Positions 17,101 to 24,978 of a DNA stretch of 36,276 bases are shown here, piece after piece. The notes under the pieces are model-generated. The model did not search any database. It worked only from the letters and a program-made list of their open reading frames with translations, and was not told the DNA's origin. Position numbers and translations under genes: made by a program. The DNA comes from a virus. Its lineage: Duplodnaviria; Caudoviricetes. Within the stretch, counting starts at the first letter, position 1, and the number at the start of each line of letters is the position of its first letter. The stretch spans positions 1-36,276 of IMG/VR virus record IMGVR_UViG_3300014775_000384. One strand, written 5' to 3'.

Positions 17101-20100
17101 CACGCATACCATCGTTGATGATACCGTTACTGCCCATCTGTCCACCTTGGTCAATCGTGCTTTCCTCTGCAGTAATCCTACTGACTGCAGCAGCGATTAC
17201 ATTCTCTGCTGGGATGATGAGGTCGTTGAGTCTGTCGGTGTTGACGATGATTGCTTCTTGTGCGAAACCTCCGTCGGTGCCTGCAATCTCCAGCGCCTCG
17301 AGCTTCATCTCTTCCTGCTCTCTTGTCTCAAGCTTACCCTCCTTGGCTCTGCGCTCGATACCCTGATAACCCTTGTCCATCTCAGCGGAGAAGTAGTAGC
17401 CATCGAATCCTGCCTGACGTACGATTTCTGCAAACGTGTATCTCGCAATCGCCATGGCATCGTCAATCGAATCCTTGCTTCCTAGGCCATCTGCCAGTGC
17501 TTTCATCTGCGCCTCAACTGGGTCCATGCCCTCGTACCTCAATCTGTTAACTTCTCTTTTGAAGTCAATCAGCGCCTTGACAGCAACACCCGGCTTGCCG
17601 TTGTCACCGTACATGACGTTACGAAGAGTCTCGATAGTTGTTCTGCCGGAGCCAAGCTGGTTGTTGGTATCCTGCATTTGCTTAACAGTCTCGGCAATGA
17701 TTCTCTCTACGAGTATCTCAGGGTTCTTGCCAACCTCGGACCTGAATCCCAGTGGGGAGTTGGGTCTCTGAGCCATGCCTCTGCGAGCATCCATGGCAAT
17801 CTTCTTGTGTACCTCATAGCTCTGTGGCCCCAGCTGGTTCAGCTTGTTCAGTGCAATGGTGACTCTAGCACCCTGCTTGAAGCTGTACATGTTGGCTAGG
17901 TTCAGGCCCTGACCGTCAACGAAGATGACGTTCTTGCCATACATGGCGGCCTTGTCCACGTTCCTAGTCAGGTACGTGCCGTTGCCGTAGAGTCCGGGGA
18001 TGGTGGGCCCAAATGCAAGGTCGTTGTCGAACTTAGTAAAGTTCGCTGGGGTACCGTGAAGGAGGATTCCCGCGTTAGCGATAGCTCCCCACACACCTTT
18101 GAAGTTCGTAAACCTAGTGCCATCTGGGTCGGTGACCGAGGTTATCGGCTGTGCCTTTATTTCTGTGCCGGGGTCCTGCGGGGCGAGATATTTCTCAATG
18201 CCTTTAGAATCTGCTCTACTGACGGCAGTTTGCCGCTTTGCTTCAGCCGCGTCAAGGTTGACTCCAGCTGCTGCAAGTCTTTGTCTTGTATCATTGTCTA
18301 GGTCCATTCTCGAGGCGACGTTGTCAATCGCCATCGCGTAGTTCTCACTCCGTGTGTTCGCCCCCATGCTTCTCCACAGCTCTTGCTCGAAGTACCACAT
18401 GGTTGCTTGCAGTTCTGCAGTAGTCAGTCCAAGTTCAGTGGCCGCCTGAGTCACAGCTTCGGCCTGAAGTCTGCGCTCCGATTCGCTACGAGGAACCTCG
18501 ACGATAGTTTCCTTACCGCCCACTGTGTCAATCATGGTGCCTGCGTATCTGTTCCAAGTTCTGTTGAACCACAGGTCAGACGTCAGCGACTCACCCAAGC
18601 CCTCCATGTTCAGGAAGAAGCTACCCACCTTCTCTCCGAAGATGTAGGCTCCCTTGCGTCGTCCGGGTGCTGGGTTCTTGTTCACCTTGCCCTTGGTGTC
18701 AGGCACAGACTTATTGAACTCTCTGAGCACCCCGATTGGCTGGTCTGTCGTAAGGAACTTCACCACAGCCTCAGGTGTCTTGAATCTCTCGAACAAAGAC
18801 TGAAGCTTGTCAAGCTGCTTGGCCACAGTCTTACCTCTAGTGGTGTACCCAGTAGGCTTGGGGTATCCGGCCTTCATGTCCTTCTTGGCAATCTTGACGC
18901 GGAAGTTCTGTCCGTTTCTGTACTTGCTATCCCGACCCAAGGCATCTACACCCTGAACGATGAAGTGCGTTTTGGTTTCCTTAACAACTCTGCCTGACGC
19001 CACTGACTTGCCCTTCTTGTCAACGAAGCTCATCTTGTCCCCTCCCCAGTTGCGGGAGAAGTTGCCTGAGCGCTGCTGGTCGATTGGTGTGTTACGCAGC
19101 ACCGAAGCCAGCGTGGTCATGTTTCCGATTGGGCTGTTGCCCGGAGACAGGATAGCAAGCAATGCTGAGCCAACACTGCCCATGGCCTCACCCTGCAGGG
19201 CGGGGAAGATAATCCCCATCTTCTGCTTGGCCTCTTGAATGTCCTCGGTGTACCACGTGATACCGCCAGTGCGTGCATCCTTCTGACTCAGGTAGAACCC
19301 GGCCTCCTCGTACACGTTGTTGAGGAAGCGTGTCATCATCTCGCCCTCACTCTTCACAGGCTCACCTGCAAACTTGTTGAGTGCGCGAGCTACTTGAATG
19401 CTCTGGGTCAGCTCACCCGGTGTCTCCGAGTTGATAGCGTCAATGGCAAGTTGCTGTGCCTTGGTGACTCCGGTAACCTCAGGTGGGTCGACGTCGGGTG
19501 GCGTTTCGTGGTACCACACCTCGTCAAACGTGTACCCCTTCTTCCTAGAGATGTAGTCAATGAAGTTCCGCACATGGTTCTTGTCATTAAACTTTCTCCG
19601 TACAACCCAGTTTCTGCCTTGACCTGTGTCAAACTGCAGGGTTGCCTCGATAGCCTGCGCCTTGGTTGCATCGCCCAAGTCCTGAGTTGCCTGTGTCTCT
19701 TCAGCATTGAGCTGGTCAAGGTTCTGCTGAGACACGCGAACCATTGACTCGCTGTCCTTGTAGCGCTGCACAAACCCAAACTTCTGATAGTACTTCACAA
19801 GTTTCTTAGACGCAGCCATGTTCTGCCTCTCAGTCCCCTGATAGTTTCTTGTAGGCCAAGCCATGAGCTCGATGTCAATGTCAAGCTCATCAGCCACCTC
19901 TAGAGCCATAGTCAGGAAGCGAGTTCCAAGCCCGCTGCCTCTGTTCTCTTCCCCCTTGATAATCTCACCCTCGTCGGTCATGGGCTTGCTGACAAACCAC
20001 TCGTCGAGTTTAATCACACGACCCTCCCTCATTTTCTGTGGGATTGGCCTTGCATCCTCGCCCGGCTGTCTTCCACCAAGCTGCTCGTCAAGGATTCTGC

Positions 20101-23100
20101 CAGTGTCTAGCGGTCTGAACACAAACTCAATGCGCCTATCTGGGTATCCGTCTGGTCTCTTAGGTATTTGCTGGTCGACAAAAACCATCCTGCCCTGAGC
20201 CATGCCTGCAAAGAATCCTCTGTACCTGAAGACACCACCATCTTTTTCCTTGGCTCTTTTTGCAAGAAGTTCGTAAAATCTACCGATAGCCTCACCATCG
20301 TTCTCTTTGATTGCCTGCGCGTCTTCTGCATTAAACTCAGTAGCTTGGCGCTTGAGAACATCTGAAGTGTCCACAGCACCCTCTCCTCTAGAGCGAGCCA
20401 TGGCAAGACCCTCGTCGTAGGACTTGGCCCTGACGCCGTCCCCGGGCTTTGCGTCAAGCGCAGCCGCAGGGTCGTACGCCATGAAGACTAGGTCTGGTTT
20501 GTCACGCAGGGTTGAGTTAGGTGCGTCCCATCCCTCGGGAGCCCTATCTACATCGAATGGGATTCTAGCCACAGGGACAAAGCCTGCAGCAATGTTGTTC
20601 TTTACAAGGTAGGTGTCAAAGCACTCGAGGTGGTTGCCTCCATCTTCGATACGCTTACGCAGCATCTCAGCCTGCACCCCACGAAGTGGTACGTCTGGAT
20701 GCTTGGTGAGTCCACCCATGTAGCCGTCCTTGTCCACGTAGGACACGACGCCCGAGCTAAGTCTGTTGTTGCCGACGTAGAACGTAGCGCCCTCGTCTAT
20801 CATGCGCTGGATGGTCTCCTCGTTGAGCGGGGTTGTCTGTCCGTCTACGCCAGTTCCTTTTTGCTTGTGCGCTTCGATTGCCTCGCGCATGTTCCTTGCG
20901 ATGGCTTGAACAGAATACTTGTCGCCTCTAGCCTTAGAGATGTCAGCCTCCGTCATTCGCGTACCAGCAGGTGAGTATCCGCCGTTCTCATCAGGACGCA
21001 CAGGAACCCACATGTCTACACGCGCAGTGTCACGCCACTTGGTGACCATGCCATCGAAGCCCATCTTCCTTGCTTCGTACCCAATCCATTCTGCCTGTCT
21101 GTTGCCATCAAAGGCAATGACATTGCCCGCATCTCTGAATGCCTTCAAGGCCTTGTCGTACAGGTTGAGCGGGTCCTTGAACAAATCGTACAGCATCTGT
21201 GGTGGCACCGTAACCTCGTAAGGCCTGCCAGTCACCATCCTTTCTTGGTCTTCAGGCTTAACGTAGAACATCGCAACCTTGTCGCCACGCTTGTCCTTGG
21301 TGTATGGCTGCTGTCCAAATCTGCGTGGGTCGATGAACCCACCCTCCAAGTTCTGTGGCCCGACGTGAATCAACTTGACGTTACCGTTGGCATCAAACGT
21401 CAAAGCATCCTTGGTCCAGTCACCCAAGACACTGGGTTCGTTGAGTCTGTCCTGTGCTTTTACGCTAGAATCGAGGTCGTCTGACTGCTGATGTGCCTGC
21501 GCTCTGGTCTGAGCGTTTTTGTGACGACGCAATTCTAGCCTGTTTGCGAGCCCTTCTCTACCCAATCCGGGTCTGAGCCTACCTGATGCCTCTAAAACGG
21601 CAGCAAGGGCCCCCTGAGCGCCTCCTTCGCCCTCTGAGAAGTACTCTGCTGCGTCACGAAGACCGTTGGCTACGTCTTGGAGCACAGGTGTGTTGGTCAT
21701 CTTGACCCCCTTTGCGCTTAACGCCTGTTGTACAAAACGTGCAAACCCGCTCACAATTCCTTTGTGGAACTTGATGTCCACCATACCGTCTGCCATGTCA
21801 CTAAACACCTCAGCCAAGAACTCCTCAGCCTTGAGCGCTTCAGTTACGTTGCCGTATTGGTTTACAAAGTCACCGTACTTGGCAAGCTGCGCTTTAGTCA
21901 TGCCTCTGCGCAGAGCAGATGCCAAACGAATCATGGCTTCGCCACGGTCCACCCCGTCCTTAAGCATCTGACGGTACACCGCTTGGTGAAATCCTTCGTG
22001 GTACCCTGTGTTTGTCTTGAGAGCAGGGGCGTACAATACTACAGTGCCGCCGTCCCTAGATATGTGCATACCTCGAGAGAGCTGAATCTTGCTGGGGTCC
22101 ACCTTCCCGGCCTTCGACACCTCGCGTCTAAACGCTTCCTTGCTGTTGACTATGATGACCTCGGCGTCAGGGTTGTCTGCCTTGATTGCCTTGGCCATGT
22201 TGAAAGCCCCAATGATGCCGTCACGAATCTGTTCCGCTGTAGCAAACTTGGTGCCCTTAATTCCCTTGGCTAGCAAGCGGGACAACAAAGTGTCTGCGTT
22301 GTTATCCGTCAAAACAATCTTGCCCGCACCCGTGTTGCCCTGCCCTTCTGTTACGCTATCCCACTCTCGGTCTACATTGAGGATGTCCTCCACAAGTCTT
22401 TCGACCTCTTGGTTCTGACGCATCTGGGCTTCCACGTCCATATCGAATCCGGCGTTGGCCGACTCGTACTTGTTCTCAATCTCTAGCTTTTGGGCCATCA
22501 GACCGCGCACATCGTTTGCCAAGGCCTGAAGCTGCTTCTGATTGGTCTGTCCTTTCGCTTGCGCAAGCGCTCTTGCTCTCTTTCTTTTGTTGGAGATTTC
22601 TTGGTTCAAGCGGATAATCTCCGTCATGTCCTCGTTCTCCATCTGAGAATAGAAGTCCACGTCTTTTCTCGCAAGCCTGTTTGCGTCCTCGTGAATCTTT
22701 GTCAGCTCAGCACGAATACCCTTCTTTTCTTCTGCGCTAAGGTCATCCCTCTCAAGCTGTTCAAGCAAAAACACCTTTCTGTCCTTTAGCTCGAGCCTGT
22801 CAAAGAGCGTAAACTTAGAGCCCAAGGCACTGACACCCTTAGCTGCAATGAATGGAGATGCCCCAACACCGCCCCCAAGGAATCCTGCGTAGAAAGAGTC
22901 TGCAATCTGATATGGGTTCCAGTACTCATCAATCGCCTCCTGCCTGCTCATCCTGCCGGATGTAACCTCGGCGCTGATTCTGTTGAGTTGGTCCAGAGTG
23001 GTAATGAGTCCTTCTTCGGAACCTTCCCCCATCCAAGCCCTAATGGCCTGACCCTTCTCTGAATCAAACACTTTCTTCACCCCGTCCCGAGCAGCTTTGA

Positions 23101-24958
23101 TTCTTGCCTTTCTGCTAGCGGCAGACGCGACCTCTTTAGTCAAGTCAATACCCTTCTTAACAGCCCCAGACTGCAAGTTCTGTAGACCGGGGAACAATCT
23201 AGTTACACCGCCCTCGATGATGCCAGCTCGAACACCTACCTCCAACGCCTCCACGCCACTTACGTCCGCTCTCGATGCGTACTCACCCGTGGTCTGCGCC
23301 ATGGACTCCGCACCAAAGACTGCAGCCATGAGGTTAGGTCCACCAATGTAGTTGGCAGCCACAGCCTTAGTCATGTCTGGAGCAAGGTCAAAGATGAAAC
23401 CGAGGGTGTTGTACCCAAAGGCTTCGTAGTCTCCGTCTAGAAAGTTCTCCCAAGCTCCCTTCTGAGCCTGCTCCCTAGTCATCACCTTCTCAGAAATAAG
23501 GCTTGCTGTAACATCCCTCAGGCCTCCGCTGTAGTTGAAGTCTCTTGCGTAGACGTCAGCCATCTCTACGTTGGTCTGTCTGAGCTCAACCATTTCCTTT
23601 CTCAATCCACGCAGCTTGTCCGCAGAGATTGACTGAAAAATCTTTTTGCCTAACTCAACACGATGGTTGCGTGCCTGTTCAGGATTGAAGAACGTCAGGT
23701 CTTTAAGGTCTTCGTCAGACATTTGCCTAATGTCCCTGCCAACTACCGGGTCGTAAACGAGAGAGCCAAGCTCCTCGTACTCCTCGTCAGTCATGCCAGC
23801 GGCTCCGTACTTGTCAATGGCAGCATCAAGCTTGTCAATTACAACAGCCGTCTGTTCGGCCCCTGCCTTACCCTTCCCGTACCCTACACCGTCAAAGCTG
23901 CCAAGAAAGTCTTTCCAAGGATTTAGAATGGCTTGGCTAATCCAGCTAGATGACTCCACCTCTTCTTTGTTGCCAAGCGCAACGTATGCACCCTCCATCT
24001 TTCCAACCCTTGCCTCAAGGTCGTAAGACTGAAGCCCAGACATACCAACCAGTGCCTCTGCGAAGTTTCTTCTTTGCGCATTCTCCAAGGTGTAGGTAGC
24101 AAACTCATCAAGGTCCATGCGCTCAACTCGCTCCCTGAACTGAGGCGGAAGCTCCTGAGTGTATTGCTCCTTCAGGTCCTTAACCAAGGTTTCAGCAGTC
24201 AACCCTTCTGCGAGCACAACCTGACCAGTAAGAATCTTCGCCATGTCATCCTCAATGAGCATGAGTCCCTTGGCAGATTCTTCGGCAAGACGCCTGAACT
24301 CCTCGTCCACAGCCAGTGCGGAGTTGGCTTTTTCTTCCTGCATAAAGTACGACTCACCCCCAGCCACTCTAGACAAGCGCTCTTTCTCCACGCTGTCCAT
24401 GTCGAGCAAGATGTCTGCAAGCTCACCCTCAAAGAAAATCTGTTGTTGCTCGGGGGTCTCGAACCCTAGGCGCCTCGCTTCCTGAGGCACGTTGGCCACA
24501 GCGTTAATCGCATCCTCAACAGTCGTGCCGAATCTTGGAACCGAGTCATTGAACTCGTTGACCTGCATGTACGGCGTCTGAGTCTCGACTTCTGTGTCGA
24601 GAGTCTGCGCTATACGCTGAATCTCATCGAGCTGTTCCTGTGTTAGCTCAGGCTGGGCTAGAACTGAATCCGAATCTCCAGACTCTTGTTCCGGTGGAGG
24701 AGCCGTAGCTGAGGTAGATTCCGTAGAAACCTCTTCCTGCTGAACAGCCGATGGAGGCGTATCGTCTTTTTTTTTTACACCCATCAAGGTGCTGAACTCG
24801 TCGAGGCTCTTGCCATAACCAGCTTCTTGGAACAACTTGTAGGCGTCCCCGAGGGCTTGGTCATTGGTGTTAATCAAATTAACAAACTCGTCAAACGACT
24901 TGCCGTACCCTGCTCCTTGGAACAGAGTGTAGGCGTCCTGTAGTGCCTGTTCGTTCAT
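14153..24958 (-). CDS. 3601-aa large polyvalent (ejected/cargo) protein: N-terminal repeat, Gly/Ala-rich hydrophobic region, HExxH metallopeptidase, ART-like x2, GNAT-like x2, HhH-glycosylase-like, LPD38
   Basis: HEGFH...EEFLAE (21986-22000); LIHVG...YEV...GFDG; GGNHLECFD...GF.PVAR; RGSGLG...YYQKFGF; WY...S...KVGSF..N..G...T.DLW..R...QA.MW; LLHGT...F..F...GLYGNGTYLT...A..Y; FNRSG...YLFFNA.VQG...IPLPYG. Confidence 0.9.
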   Translation of the reverse strand: MNEQALQDAYTLFQGAGYGKSFDEFVNLINTNDQALGDAYKLFQEAGYGKSLDEFSTLMGVKKKDDTPPSAVQQEEVSTESTSATAPPPEQESGDSDSVLAQPELTQEQLDEIQRIAQTLDTEVETQTPYMQVNEFNDSVPRFGTTVEDAINAVANVPQEARRLGFETPEQQQIFFEGELADILLDMDSVEKERLSRVAGGESYFMQEEKANSALAVDEEFRRLAEESAKGLMLIEDDMAKILTGQVVLAEGLTAETLVKDLKEQYTQELPPQFRERVERMDLDEFATYTLENAQRRNFAEALVGMSGLQSYDLEARVGKMEGAYVALGNKEEVESSSWISQAILNPWKDFLGSFDGVGYGKGKAGAEQTAVVIDKLDAAIDKYGAAGMTDEEYEELGSLVYDPVVGRDIRQMSDEDLKDLTFFNPEQARNHRVELGKKIFQSISADKLRGLRKEMVELRQTNVEMADVYARDFNYSGGLRDVTASLISEKVMTREQAQKGAWENFLDGDYEAFGYNTLGFIFDLAPDMTKAVAANYIGGPNLMAAVFGAESMAQTTGEYASRADVSGVEALEVGVRAGIIEGGVTRLFPGLQNLQSGAVKKGIDLTKEVASAASRKARIKAARDGVKKVFDSEKGQAIRAWMGEGSEEGLITTLDQLNRISAEVTSGRMSRQEAIDEYWNPYQIADSFYAGFLGGGVGASPFIAAKGVSALGSKFTLFDRLELKDRKVFLLEQLERDDLSAEEKKGIRAELTKIHEDANRLARKDVDFYSQMENEDMTEIIRLNQEISNKRKRARALAQAKGQTNQKQLQALANDVRGLMAQKLEIENKYESANAGFDMDVEAQMRQNQEVERLVEDILNVDREWDSVTEGQGNTGAGKIVLTDNNADTLLSRLLAKGIKGTKFATAEQIRDGIIGAFNMAKAIKADNPDAEVIIVNSKEAFRREVSKAGKVDPSKIQLSRGMHISRDGGTVVLYAPALKTNTGYHEGFHQAVYRQMLKDGVDRGEAMIRLASALRRGMTKAQLAKYGDFVNQYGNVTEALKAEEFLAEVFSDMADGMVDIKFHKGIVSGFARFVQQALSAKGVKMTNTPVLQDVANGLRDAAEYFSEGEGGAQGALAAVLEASGRLRPGLGREGLANRLELRRHKNAQTRAQAHQQSDDLDSSVKAQDRLNEPSVLGDWTKDALTFDANGNVKLIHVGPQNLEGGFIDPRRFGQQPYTKDKRGDKVAMFYVKPEDQERMVTGRPYEVTVPPQMLYDLFKDPLNLYDKALKAFRDAGNVIAFDGNRQAEWIGYEARKMGFDGMVTKWRDTARVDMWVPVRPDENGGYSPAGTRMTEADISKARGDKYSVQAIARNMREAIEAHKQKGTGVDGQTTPLNEETIQRMIDEGATFYVGNNRLSSGVVSYVDKDGYMGGLTKHPDVPLRGVQAEMLRKRIEDGGNHLECFDTYLVKNNIAAGFVPVARIPFDVDRAPEGWDAPNSTLRDKPDLVFMAYDPAAALDAKPGDGVRAKSYDEGLAMARSRGEGAVDTSDVLKRQATEFNAEDAQAIKENDGEAIGRFYELLAKRAKEKDGGVFRYRGFFAGMAQGRMVFVDQQIPKRPDGYPDRRIEFVFRPLDTGRILDEQLGGRQPGEDARPIPQKMREGRVIKLDEWFVSKPMTDEGEIIKGEENRGSGLGTRFLTMALEVADELDIDIELMAWPTRNYQGTERQNMAASKKLVKYYQKFGFVQRYKDSESMVRVSQQNLDQLNAEETQATQDLGDATKAQAIEATLQFDTGQGRNWVVRRKFNDKNHVRNFIDYISRKKGYTFDEVWYHETPPDVDPPEVTGVTKAQQLAIDAINSETPGELTQSIQVARALNKFAGEPVKSEGEMMTRFLNNVYEEAGFYLSQKDARTGGITWYTEDIQEAKQKMGIIFPALQGEAMGSVGSALLAILSPGNSPIGNMTTLASVLRNTPIDQQRSGNFSRNWGGDKMSFVDKKGKSVASGRVVKETKTHFIVQGVDALGRDSKYRNGQNFRVKIAKKDMKAGYPKPTGYTTRGKTVAKQLDKLQSLFERFKTPEAVVKFLTTDQPIGVLREFNKSVPDTKGKVNKNPAPGRRKGAYIFGEKVGSFFLNMEGLGESLTSDLWFNRTWNRYAGTMIDTVGGKETIVEVPRSESERRLQAEAVTQAATELGLTTAELQATMWYFEQELWRSMGANTRSENYAMAIDNVASRMDLDNDTRQRLAAAGVNLDAAEAKRQTAVSRADSKGIEKYLAPQDPGTEIKAQPITSVTDPDGTRFTNFKGVWGAIANAGILLHGTPANFTKFDNDLAFGPTIPGLYGNGTYLTRNVDKAAMYGKNVIFVDGQGLNLANMYSFKQGARVTIALNKLNQLGPQSYEVHKKIAMDARRGMAQRPNSPLGFRSEVGKNPEILVERIIAETVKQMQDTNNQLGSGRTTIETLRNVMYGDNGKPGVAVKALIDFKREVNRLRYEGMDPVEAQMKALADGLGSKDSIDDAMAIARYTFAEIVRQAGFDGYYFSAEMDKGYQGIERRAKEGKLETREQEEMKLEALEIAGTDGGFAQEAIIVNTDRLNDLIIPAENVIAAAVSRITAEESTIDQGGQMGSNGIINDGMRDSQNLLKAQPLQGYLDEYDADMDTLRGEKPPVRIDREAEMGKVQRAWLGIMEFVYDKFYRAIRYQRDIEKAIGGKVMQEQDYAMALSLLDGKASRRLQSVDMFMEDLAAVMNKFGISHKELSDFLYAMHAENRNAVLRERFGNKKLSIMEAIAKQAAVINDEQTSDTAKRKASKKLADLQEELADVEARLENDNFSGKTDEQARREIEELDSEGMREAYDMVMEFQKETRRLIVEYGLETQATVDKLEALYPSYVPLSGFAVDEDGGAEAREAGYLHMHQARVFRGIRRAEGRTSLADSPLDYIFERRYQTVMAGEKNLANSRLLNLLADNPDKDLYKIYGPKDATPVLRGKRRGMTRDEMRNNDRFVEVVINGESFFMEFANSAVARAVNKHNILKSPEGVPGMIFNAIRGLGRFLSSTFTSYSPDFIVANFTRDLQFGLGSLLAEQEIEGGQAFGENLVKSTLKKHLPSLAFLYKNLQGVEDTSHPMYKAWQEFQDYGAITDWPYAKNRDKLRSDLETLTRMQEGGAGVTAVKGLKAVADYVNNTNMAVENAIRFAVFQSAREAGMNAEKAAYLAKELTINFNRSGSGGSVINALYLFFNAGVQGTAKFARTMMTLKKVPNGRGGYYRTLNSSQKIAMGMTLFAAAQAALNQAISDEDEDGRTFYEKIPDYVKERNMIVMIGGKDYIKIPLPYGYNIFHNMGTMSYEAATGIRTVGDAGAFMVGGMFNSFIPISFGESSTLLKKLGKAGTPTFLRPLIEIYMNESYFGTQVYKDNAPGQNLPMSSLGSRSPEWLRDVTMFLNEVTGGNEYEPGYLDMSPDKIWHAFEYYGGGGYRFLKNTYKSVETPVQHLQGYSDDKDEVAGKVLSTMPIVRVGYGTYNSRVDMADYYKFRTTIKQAVKAREELSIDEPRTRAAAALEAEGRKIDKALQGLRKDIRAIKDRDIDPALKAREVDKLEQEMLRLVLSFNKQYLEQYEGRKD
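24785..24955 (-). repeat. two 30-aa tandem repeats at the N-terminus of the giant protein
   Basis: NEQALQDAYTLFQGAGYGKSFDEFVNL / NDQALGDAYKLFQEAGYGKSLDEFSTL. Confidence 0.9.
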
Positions 24959-24970
24959 TCTGCTAAAATA
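24959..24970 (-). promoter_or_regulatory. TAnnTTTG-like promoter abutting the start of the giant gene
   Basis: - strand reads TATTTTAG-CAGA-ATG; same geometry as 12605 and 28085. Confidence 0.55.
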
Positions 24971-24978
24971 CTAAATTA

